Below are positions 12,401 through 24,400 of a stretch of 64,000 nucleotides of DNA, in pieces. The translations under genes and the position numbers were made by a program. How positions within the stretch are numbered: the first letter of the stretch is position 1; every line of letters begins with the position of its first letter. This stretch comes from Raillietiella orientalis. Lineage: Eukaryota. The notes below the pieces were generated by a model, which was not told where the DNA came from, made no database searches, and was given only the letters and a program-made list of their open reading frames with translations. The DNA lies in NCBI GenBank assembly GCA_036172245.1, contig JAYWIR010000013.1:2604001-2668000 (forward strand), given 5' to 3'.

Positions 12401-15400
12401 TTCGCAAAGACAATTTTTCTAGATGTTATGTAACCTCAGTACTTTTTATGTGAGAGCGCGAAACTCCGTTTGAATTCCGGCATTCTCTTCTCTGTCTGTG
12501 TCTTAGTTTCCAGTCCCTATGGATTATTCCAGCTCTCTTCGCAAAGGTAAGATCTGCGGCAAAATGTGCAAATTCATGATGGCATTTTGGTCACACCCGC
12601 TCCTCAAGGCTACTGTCGATTCGACTGCGTCTTTGAGAAGCGTTATGTCCGAGAGCAGATGCCCCCCGTTCCACATGCGTTCCATGTCCGAAATGCGTTT
12701 GAGTCTTCAGCGACTGCACTTTGAGCATGATTTCCGGTATCTCACTGGAAAAGAGTAAAGGTGTGCTGTCCTGGCCGTGAGTCGAGTAGAACGCAAGCAA
12801 TCAGTTCGTGGAGTTCCCTCCTTCGCGTCGCGTTTTCAATAGGAAGAAACTCTTCCAGCGCCCCCTTGTTGAATGAAGAGGAAGGCAATGTGGAATCGAA
12901 CGCGCTTGTCTATTACTGATTTACCCATTGCTTCCCCACGCTGGTTTTCCGATTGGTCTACCAGAAAGCGGAATGCAGCCCCACACCCCGAATGCTAGAC
13001 TTTTCTATGCAGCTTTCGACCAAATTTAGGAGAAAACCCTTCACGGTGATTAAAGATCTTTCGTCGCTACTGTCCAGTTACTCCAGCCAATTTTCTTTCC
13101 ATCTTGCAGCAACCTTGAGCTACCATTGCTTGCTTGCTTCCTCCCATGAGACGCCTTGCTCTCTTCAAGGCTGCCTTGCAAGAAGACTTGGATCCAAATC
13201 CCGAAAGGTTACGACAAATACATGTGTGCGCTTGTTCGACACAGATTAATACACCAATTTATTTTTATATGTATATTCATTCGTATTTATTAACATACAT
13301 ACTATAAGGAATAATAATACGATTGGAACAAATACGTTTATTGAGGTTCATTCACATGCATCCGATCGATAAAATTCATAGACGTTGGGTATATTGTTGA
13401 TACATGTACAGTGAGGATCATGGAAAATGTATGCGCTTATCATATACATCAATTTTTATGGATAATGTAAATATGTATATGCATACACGATATAAATATG
13501 TAGAAATGTATGTACGAATATGTTCATAAATATATGTATCAATGTTAACATAATAATTTTCCTGTTTACAATATGTACGTTGATAAATAGGAATAACTGT
13601 GTGCGTTCCAATGAATTTGTGTAATAATCTATGTAGAATAAGCAAATGTGTATTTGCATTTCATGACCTCTCAGGATTTTGATCCTTCAGGATTTCAGCT
13701 AGGCGATTTTGCATATGACCACCGCCGCCTTGCAAGCAGCGGAGCAGTTCGACCTCCCTGCTCTGCACAAGACCTCGGCAGCGGTATTGCAGCGGTTGCA
13801 AGGACTGGTGGTCCAGCCGAAGAAAGAAGTTGGAAAGTCATACCAGTTTGATTCCGACATTTCTGATAGCAGAAGCCATTCTTCCCGTTGTGAAGTCTTT
13901 TCGCCGTTGCCCATGTATTGAGTGAGGGCTTTGCCTGTTTGGCAGACCAGCCGCTCGCATGTTTTGTTCGTTACCTTCCCCTGTGGGGCTGGACTCAAGG
14001 TGTGCTTTCGTGCCTTCACCGGTGTTGAGACCGAATCACACGGCCTGGTACTCCTTTTCGCAATGTGCAAATAGTGCAGATGCTAAACCGAAAAGGTAAC
14101 ACCGAACTAAGGAACGTAGCGAATGAATTTCCTTGATGCTGATCGATCGATCGCAATTCCTGCGGCCCTGAGACGAAGAACAGCTAACTGTTAAACTAAC
14201 GCTGGCAAGGATTCCCGTTCTAACGTGTTCCGACGTGGAAAAGAACGAGGCAAAGCAAGACAACCCTCTCCACGAGTCCCGATTTGCCCATTTCATTTCA
14301 CTCACAAGCAGAACTTGAACTGTGGGCTCTTTACTTTTTTTTTTTTCAATGTAAGGTCCGCATGTTCCTCTGTCGTTAGGATTTCTTAACAAGGGCAAAC
14401 AACTGGAGACACAATTCGCAAAAGCGCGTGCCAATTAGGGAAAAATTCCTCTAAGTAACCAAGAAACTTTGCAGAGCCATGTTCCCTGTAGCCAAGGGCA
14501 CCGAAGCCAAGCTTTCGCAACGAGCCAAGCACTCTCATTTTGAAGATGTTCCTTACCGCACAAGGTGGTGTTCCAGGATACTTTGGAGCAATTGTAGCGG
14601 GGTGCGCAGGGACAAGGGCAGTTGAACTTGCCGAAATCAGGCACACACACGCCTGCAAAACATGAAAGAACAAAGTTTCCTGGGTACACGTGTTTTGCTG
14701 TTCCGCTGACTTTCTCACCACAGTGTTCGAAATGGAAGGTGAAACTGCTTTCTCGCTAACAAAGACACGCACAAGGTTTTCTTATCGTGCAGTTCAAAGA
14801 CACTGCAACCGGATCGGAGCATAATCAACTCTGCGTTTGCTCCAAAAAGGCAAAGACGAGCAAGCAGAGCTCCTGAAGCCGTGGGAACAGCATGCATCGG
14901 CAAAAACGATCTAACCATTGCTTTGCACGCGGCCACGGTTGCGCGATGGACGGTTCCAAGAGACTGAAGCGCCTTGAAGTGGTGAAGGTCACTCGGAAAC
15001 GCAAGCGCCGGATGCTCTTGTGGTAACGGCAGGCACTGTCAGCAATCAAATCCGATGTGGTACACTAACGCGCCGCGATGAAACATCACACCGGAGACTT
15101 ACATCTCCGGCCCCTTCTACAAAATTCTGTGTGCCCACACCTTCGCGCATGTCAGCAACTCTCGAGATGCTGCTCCGTTCGCTCAGTGTCAAGCCCTAAC
15201 GGAAGAGGAAACGTACCGCATTTTCCTGCAGAACAGAATTGTATGGTACAGTCATCAGGAGACTGGCAGGAACAAGACGGATTCAGTGGTTTTAGATTGC
15301 AGGCTATCTCTGGAAAAACCATAATGCACAAGTATGAGATTTTCGTGTAAACCAGCAAAGATGGCATCTTTGATTACGGTGAGGTAATCAAGCAGGTCAT

Positions 15401-18400
15401 AGCAATGGCGACAAAATGCAAGTTTGCGCACAGTTTGCGGGCTAAGCAGGTTTGGAAAAACTTACTGCAGAGTCCCTTGGTGCAGCTGAAGTTGTCGTCG
15501 CAGTCCAATTCCGTGGTGCAAGTCTTCGATGTGCCTGGAATTGCATGCGAAACAGTGCAAAGCAAGTCTTCGAACCCCGTGGCAAACAGGCTCCACGGAG
15601 GACGCGTTGGGAACTACACATCGATTTCGGATGGCATGCTCATGATTCTAATGTTGGAGGTGGATGGAGACGAGTTTAAAATGGGACAGCTTTCAGGGAA
15701 ACCAGCAAGCTTCTTCATGGCCGTTCTGTTTGCCCGTGTAGCCCTTTTTACAAGTCGCCTACTTTCCGGCCCGGAGACCAACTTCCGTTATTACCACGGA
15801 GGAGCTTTCCTCAAGTATTTCATGTATTTCGTACAAATGTTTACGCAGGAAGAGTTGCAACTGAGGAAGCGTTCGAGTGAAACGCTCTTTCCAGATTCGA
15901 TTTGAAATCAAAACTGAGAAGAGCCATCCACTCAACCGAGCAGTTGTGTCTACGAAACAGCAGGAACTCGGTCTTCGTCAACTGGAGAATGTTGAGTCTG
16001 GGTAACCTGATGAGGACGGGATTACAAGAGAGGCTGGCTCAAGATGCGAAGTCGTCTCCCAGGCTGTCATCTGTCAGCATTCGTTCGCACTTAGGGCGGA
16101 AGTTTCAACGGACCTCCCGCTCCAAGTTCCCCTCTGAATTTCCCTCCTTGAACAGGCGGGCTCTGCTCATAAATTGAGCGCGTCCCTCCCTTTCCGACGT
16201 GCTCGCTGCCCAGCATGAGTAACTGGAAAGAGGTCAGGTTCCTCTACAAATGGAAAGTTGCGAAAGTAACTCGAACACTTTCAGTACGAAGCGGTACGCT
16301 CCTCTATGCAAAACCGTCTAAATTAGATCTTCGCAACTGCCCGGTTGAGTACGAAATGCCGCAGCGTTTCCCACCATCAGCAGCTGCTGCTTGCATTGAC
16401 ACAATGATCAAAGAGAGACCAGTGACGCGTTGCAAAGAAACTGTGGTACTAGGGCGGCGTCCTCAGCCCAGCGGTAAGCAACTCCTGCTTCCCTGAATGG
16501 TACGAACCATTTTTCAAATCAGAAAATAGTCGACTGAACGTATTCTGGTCGACTATTTTCTGGCCAAACCTACAGTCGAGAATAAGCCCTTTGCTGACAA
16601 CTGCTCCTGCTCTGCTCTGCGCTCGCATTGAAAAAGACATTCGCGGGCATCCAGCAAGGTGTGTGTTGAGGTCAAGTGTGTCGTCCGTTGGGAAGCGTTT
16701 ATTAAACTTTGGTGCAAGAGGGAGAACTCGGTTGAGTCTGGCCAAATTTTCCACTTACTGCATATGAACCCGACGCAGGTCTTAGACTCACACCAAGTGT
16801 CTTTCTTGCATGGGCAACCAACATAACGGGGTATCTTATCGCAGTCCTTTCCTGTAATCAGAGGGCATCAGTTTTTGCACACACTCGAGAGCATCACCCA
16901 TTTGCGGTGAAAGGGAAGCAGGACCGCCGCTTCTGGTCCCCCGAAATGACTTACCGCACTCATTGTCCTTGCACAGGAGTCCAGAAGCACATTCATTAGG
17001 AGAAGTACACGGACAGCCTTCTGGTTTGGAAGCAGACGGACAATCAACTAGACAACAGAAAGGGAAAGTTATCCTCGTGTTCTCGTTGGCACAAGGTTTC
17101 CAATCTGGAGGCAATGCTTAAAAACTCTAGCGGACTTTGGCGAAAAAGTGCAACCAATCTGATGTGCACAACACACTCCCCATGAGGGGAGGATATCCGC
17201 ATCTTTCTGAGAGAAACAGGTTAATGAAGCTTAAGACACTCTGCTTCCCGAACGTTCCAGCTTCTTGAGTACACCGAATGGGTCGATTCGCAAAATGGAA
17301 AATACGGGAGCCGTACTTCCCCACGGCCGAGCGAAGCGCTTCATGCAAACTGAGTGGGCAGAAAGCACCTGGAAGGTTCACCCGGAGTGGTGCTGCTCGC
17401 ACACAACCACGTGCCTCCAAGGAGATTGGTCTGTAGTTTCCTTCTTGCCGACTTTCCGTCAGCAGATGCAAGTCAGCTGGCGCAAGCCACATCGGAAGGC
17501 TACCTTCGAGCGGTGCATGATCGAGCGAAGCTAAAAGCTCTTTTCAAGGAAGCAAGCAATTGCGGGATAGACTCGAAGAAGGAAGATGCCCGATCTTCAA
17601 GTCTTCGGCACTGGGGGGATTCGCTGATAAACGATGAGAAGCTGCCGTCGAAACCGCCTCCCCTCGTACGCCACGGAACTCTGCTCAAGATTTCTGATCC
17701 CACACAAAAAGTTCCACTCCAAGGCAGTTCAGAACTGCTGCGAACACGTTGTTGGTTAAAGATGCCTGTAAATCGCGTGTATATTCGTCGAACGCACCAT
17801 ATTGGCCCCGTACAACGTGTGCGACCTGGATGCCGCATAGGTCAAGGGGCTGGTCGGGCGAGTGGTGATGGAAAATCCGGACGTGCTGCTGGCCCTGCTG
17901 GGGAGCGTGATCGACCAGCTCAGGGCTCAAACCGAGTGCGTGGTTATGCTTTGCCCTAGTTTGCTGCTGGATCCAGCTCTTGAGTGCAAGAAACTGCTCC
18001 CATGTGTGTCGACCAACGTTAGAGGTTCCCGCACTCGGCGGAACGATCGCTGCAAATGCGTTTCCAGCTGCGTAGATTTGGATTGCAGCGGACTCCGAGC
18101 AGCGGTCTTCACTTGTTGACGATCTTGGGGTGGTTGCATTTCCCAAGGAAGCCCACCAAGGCGCAGCTGGAGGAGGAGGGAAATCGAGCATGATCCGCTG
18201 GTGACTCGCCCAAGGCTCAAGGCTGTGAGGAGGAATTCTTTGTGATGCGTTTCGCAAAGTGCTGCAGAGGAGGAAACTGGCCGGCCAACGCACCTGAGTC
18301 GCGTCGCGCTCGAGGGAAACTGGCGGACCGGGCTTAAGCGGGTTCGGGTAGGAGGAAAATTCCTATTCGGATTTCCCCGGGGCTGCTGGCAGAAAGCCGC

Positions 18401-21400
18401 GAAGCAAAGACTCCTCGGTCGCGCGGAAGGAACGTGCCGGCGGGAAGATGGGAACCAACTTACGGCAATGTCTTTTTATGCACGACCCGCTCATGCACTT
18501 GTCGCCAGTCACGCAAGCGCATCCTGAAGGCCGCTTGTCACTTGGGCAAATCAAATCTTGAGGACATTCGGGAAGTTCTCATCAACCGACTTACTGCAGA
18601 TTCCTGCCATGCACTTGTATGGGGGGTCACAGGTGCCATTTACGGCACACGGGCACCTGTACTTTCCGAGCATCAGTTTGCACGTTACTTCGATTGGAAA
18701 AAGGGAGTGACCAGGAAAAATGGCTGCAACCCGGGGCAAAGGATGCACTCACCACATTTCCCGCTTTCCGAGCATTCCAAGCCGTCGATGCACTTGATGG
18801 AACTTGAACACGGACAGTTGTATGCAACCTTCTTGGATTTCGAGCAACCTGGAATTGATTCGACGGTGTGAACGCGACGAGATCCGATGTGCGAGAGGAT
18901 GATCGACACGCCTTTGACAGGCATGTGTGAAGCGTGGAACGGGCCGAGAGGCATCAGGGGACCCTCTCCCCTCCCTCCCTCCCTCCCTCCTGCGCGACAG
19001 CACCACTTGAGAGAACGGAACATTTCCCGAGTTTCGATCCCCCGCGGAGTAGCCGGACGAGTCCATGACGGTCACGGGAAACAGAAACGCGCCATGTTTT
19101 GCACGACTGCTGGCTGATCTTTCGAAGGCATCGGCGCCGTGCACGCAGGTGCGCTTTCTTAGAAGAAGGAGCGAGTTCCGCTTTTGGACGCACCACCAGA
19201 AGGAGCTGACATACTGAAAATGCTCACCTGGAGTCTCCGGTTCCGGACCTGCAACGAGAAATTCCGAATGAAAAGCTTGAATTTTGTCAACCGGATAGGC
19301 GGGGAGGGGATCACCACATAGGGGAAGTGCAAAGTGACAAATTTTCCCGTTAGCCGAAAATTCTCAAAGGATCGGGGATGCATACCGGGAACCGGATCGT
19401 GTCTCGGTAGTCTTTTCTCGCATTTCTGCATCGCGCCGGAAGGACCGGAAGCGTTCCCGAGTGCACACCGAAACGGCACTGCGCCACCTTCGCACGTGCG
19501 ACATCCACTCAAGCGATGACAAGAAAGGAAACCCTCGAAATATGGGTATGTGTGTGGATCGCTCTCGGATCGTCCACTCGGTGCTCTCGCTGGAGAGATG
19601 CTTTTCTTCCCGGTGAACACTGGGGAGCTGCCTTTCGTAAGCCTTCATGCACTCCTCCGTCGGAATGCTCACCCGTATGGCGAGTAGGCCGCTCGTTACG
19701 CCCGCTCGTGTTTGCAAAGAATTCGTTGCACGAGCAGCCTAGTTTTGCCAAGGTGTTCTGCAGTCCAGCAGAGGCACCGCACGACAGAGAAGGGAAACAG
19801 TCTTCCCCTCATCCCGTTGACGATGGGGCCGTCCACGCCCGCAAGCGTAAACTCGTGTGCGCGTGTGGAATGCGACGGAAGCTCCGAGACAGCAAGTGAG
19901 TGGATACGCCTAGCGCAAGAAGGGAGGCAGGAAAAGATCCGGATGTTGCCTGCCCCTGAGTGAGGCAGCATCAAAGTCAGCAGAGCAGGAGGCTGCCTGG
20001 GTATGGAAGCCTCCTGCTCTGCCGTTCGGCCGTCGGCATGCGGATGAGACACTCGGAAACTGGGTTGGTGCAACGAACGGCGGAAGACTGCAAGTTTCGT
20101 TTCTGCTGCTGGAGGAGGGACTGCTGGAGAAGCGGATGCTTTTCGGATCGATGGTCACGAACTGAGGAACAGTCGACTTAGCGTTTCCCAAGAGAGTCGG
20201 CATCGAGCTCTGCAGATTTTCTTGCAGCGACTCGGTGCGGAAAAGTGCGTAAGGGGATACCGCGGACGCTAAGTTGACGTTCGGCCACGCAGTCGGCAAG
20301 CACCGCGCTTGGCCCGAATGTGCCAGCTGCGTCGAGCCTCTCACCGCGGTCGCGAAATTTTCCACCATGCACGCGTGAATTCCTGCCAAGAGGAGGAGGA
20401 AGGTGAATCCCCCTTCTCGGACCTTCCCAGCTGCCATTACGAGCAAAGGAGGCGTGCCACTCACGCGCGCTTGGAAACGCGTTTGTGGCGCACCCTTCTG
20501 TGTAGACAATTTCGATATTTCCTGTTTATTTATTAATATATATTTAATATCGAAATTTATCACCTGGAATGACCGGGTGGGTAAATTTCGATATTCCCTG
20601 AAGATGCGACACTGAGAGCAAGAGATGCACGCAAGTAAGATGGAGCAGAACGATACTTACATCTCTCTTTCTCGCATATGCCTCTCGCTGCGCAGCAGCC
20701 TTTGCATTCGTCTCCTTTCCTTCCTGAGCACTTGCAATTCTCGTCCTTGAGAGCCTGCATCTCGCAAGGCACGTCCCCTTTCGGATCTAGGAGGGAAGAG
20801 ACGAATCACCTGGAGACCGCGGATTCCTGGAGTATGCCGACGACATGTGAGCGATCGCACGTACGCGGCCGCGCGGCTAGCTAATGCGGGCACTGCGACC
20901 TGAGGGAGGTCAACGGAAGGCTCTCTCATTCAGAGACGAAGAGCGTTTGCGTGCTCCGCTTGGACGTCTATAATAGACGTCCAAGCGGAGCACGCGCGCA
21001 TCTGCACACGCGAGGAGCGGCAGGCGCGGAACCCATGCGCGTGCACTGAGAGCGGTTCACAGCCACGGAGGAAGGGAGCTGCTCAGATGAGCGAAAACCC
21101 GCAGACCTGTTTTCAGGGTTGGAGGTCGCTGCCGGCGGCAGCCACCGTCGGAGTTCCGCATGCGCAAGAACTGTATGCTTCGGAAGGGAAAGAAATGGCG
21201 AGCCAAAAGGAACAAGCTCGTTTGAAATGGCATCCCCCGATGAGCGGGAGACACGCGGAATGCGCTAAGTTGCTGCGGCGGTGAGCGCAGGGATGTCCAA
21301 CTCTCTGAGCACTCCGGGAAACGCGCCAAATGGGATTTCAGAGTCGCAGCTCTGAGCACGCAGGCGCAAGCTCCCGCCAGGATAGAAAGGGGAAAAAAAG

Positions 21401-24400
21401 GAGGGGTGGGGATGACTTTTTGCGTGAACCGAGAGCTGGAGTAAAAAAAAGAATTGAGCGGGAAGTTGCGTTGGCGGCAAGAGGCAAGAACTGCTAATGA
21501 ATTTTCGGATCACTCTCAGTGAATTGCTCGAGCATGATCTCAAGACGAACGCATAGGCCGCTCGTACGTCTGAGCTGTGGAAAAGCCTCCTCCTCCAACT
21601 CGACTCACCTGAAGGGCACCCACACTGGTACACGTCAAAGCTGATGGAGAAATTCTTGACTAAAGTTGTGATTGAGAGCACGGCCTCCCCACTCAAACGC
21701 AGAATTGCTGAAATGGAATTCCTGAAGTATAGAACACTCATCGAACACCACCAGTGCTGTTTGCACTGAACGTCAGCGCATCAGCATGTGGTTTCTCGAT
21801 GGCTGACGACGGTTCGGTAGATGGTAGCGATAGGAAGAAAAGATCCAATCCCTGGAACTTGCGGGGATAAGCGAGTGTCAAGGATGGAATGCAGTGAGAT
21901 CAACACATTCGCAGTCGAATAATCCTCTGCCTTGACGGAAGAGCACCTGGGCGAAAAAATTCTCCTGCTCTTCCTACTAGGAAGAGTAGTAGTTGGTTCA
22001 CTGAGCAGGAACTTGGGCCTGTCAACATGAGCACAGCACCTCTGTGACCAGTGCTCTCTTTCAACAAGTACAGTGTGGTCTCACATCGATGACTTTTCCT
22101 AGTCTGCCTTGTAAGGATGATGATCAGGAGTTTCCACAACGTATCCCCTGCGATCGTGCGATCCAAGCTCTTCGGACACCCTTCCGATTCGGATCTCATA
22201 GTGTTTCCTTTGAAAAACAGGAGCCCAGAACTGGCAGCCGTCCTCTGTGGTCTCGGGTATCGGATAAGAGGAAACGGCCATCAGGAAGGATGAGTAAAGG
22301 GGATCTCGCCCCGTGGCACTGCTCCCCTTGCTTTCATGCTGAATGCATTCTTTCTTTCCCTTTCGGGCTGTAACTTTTGGACGTTTCTTCCTTTTCATAA
22401 ATTGCCGTGAGCGCGAATTTGCTGACATCTTGCGTGATCTTGCCTTCAAACTTTTCGTTTTCTTTTGCTTTTCAAGAGCAGAGACAAGGAAGGTACTTGC
22501 AACCTATCCAACAGCAGCGTCTATTAGAAAGACTTTGCTCAACACAGATTGTTGCTGCTTCTTGCGGGGAATAGGAAAGCCATCCACACCGAATGATCGA
22601 AAAACGAGCCACGTGATGCAGTTGCACTGCTTTCCGATCTGGAACCTGCGTTCGCCAACATCGCTGTTTCAGTGCGTAAAGTTTTTGTTCTCCAAACCGG
22701 GTTGAGATCACCATCCTGAATGTCATGAACCAGTTTGATCGCAACGGTCCGTTTCTCACGAGGCGCTCTGCAAGAATCCCAAGCACCGTGCTTTGCATAT
22801 TTGGAAGGAGCACACAATCCCCAAGAAAGTGAGCGAACGAGCCACTGGGTTGATGAAAACCATGCGTACGTTACGTAACCCTTCCGTTCTTTCCACTCAC
22901 TGGGTGGTAGAAGGAAAAATTCCGCCGCGATGCACGATTTGCTTTCAACGATCCCTCGCTCCTACGATTTTTTCTCCACTTGCTACCTGTGCGCAATGGT
23001 GCACATCTCCACGGTGCTCTAACTGCCTAGCAGTTTCACCTTCCGTGTTTAAGACATCCCCACAAAGGGATGTACGGAGGGCGATCGGAAAGCACTGCAG
23101 AAAGCAGCAGAAGAACGATGCATTGGTCTGCGACAGTGCTTGACGCACAGAGGTGCTTTTGAGCAGTTTCCACACTCCGTTGTCGAGCTACCTGGGTCTC
23201 CAACGCGCCTGTGTGCTCGTGAGAGCACCAGACAAGTCTTAGCCGGAAGCTGTTTCCCAGAACGTGCTGCGATGCACTGGTTTTCCGAACTTTGGTCAGA
23301 GAACTCGGGTTGCACTCGTAGCAGAAGGGATGGCAATTTTTTTCGGGGTTTGCGAGTGGCAAAAGGAACATTTGGTTTCCCTACTCCTCATCCCGATTCC
23401 AAATTTGTATTTTTCCGGCAGAAGAGTGGTGAGATTCCTGCTATCGGTCCCCATTTTTCGCTGCAGGCACCCGTGTTCTTACCGACGTTCCAGGATCGAC
23501 ACGAAGGGTACCGTTTTCAGCACAAGGGCAACATCCCTGAATTTCGAGAAGCGCGGTTACCTTGTTCGCCACTTTTGTTGCCGCAGACGATATGCTGCAC
23601 CTCCTTCCGCTGATCCAGCTGCTCCAAAGATATCGACTGTGCGGAGAAACACTCCTTCGTTTGCTGAAGTCCCGAAGCCATGAGTGCCTGTATGAAGTGG
23701 ATACTGAAAAGCAACGGGAAGATATTCTGTATGGGTCCTGCTCAATCCTCCCAGAGTGAGGTAACCAATCTGTCGTTCTTCCGATCCGAAACACCCACAC
23801 CCAGCAGTGCTTGAAGGAATGGCCGCGAAACACCCTGAAAGCAACTTCGATAGAACGCGAATCGGAAATGCGATCTGTTTTGCGACAAGAAACTTTCCAG
23901 TTGAAGCCTGCACGAGGTGGACATCCAGTGGACCAGGTAAAGATGTTTCTTGAAGAGTTGGCTGACAAGGATACCTGAACCCTCTGCCTATTTATGACTC
24001 ATGAGAGAGCAAACAGAGACAAGCCCTTTCCCTGGATCGCACCCTTGTCAACCCTCACCGTAGCAGTTCTTCGCCATATGTTTCCGAAGCACACAGACAA
24101 TGTGTGCGATCGCCACAAGGATGCTAGAAACGTGTGAAATGCTGCGCTCGCCCTTGAGGTTGCTTTTCTTCGCTCAGGATTGCTGCTCTCCTGCGCCTGC
24201 TGCTTGTTCACCTTCGCCCTGATCTTTCAAAAAAAAAAAAAAGAAACGGCGATTCGTGTTTCCTCCATCGGTCCGCCCGAAACAAGACATTCGCGATCGC
24301 TTGCACGCCATTCGATCTCCGCATTCAACAAGCGAAAGTCTTTTTTCCCTTCTCACGTACGATATGCACTTCCCGACATCCTCGCAATCTTTCGCGATGC

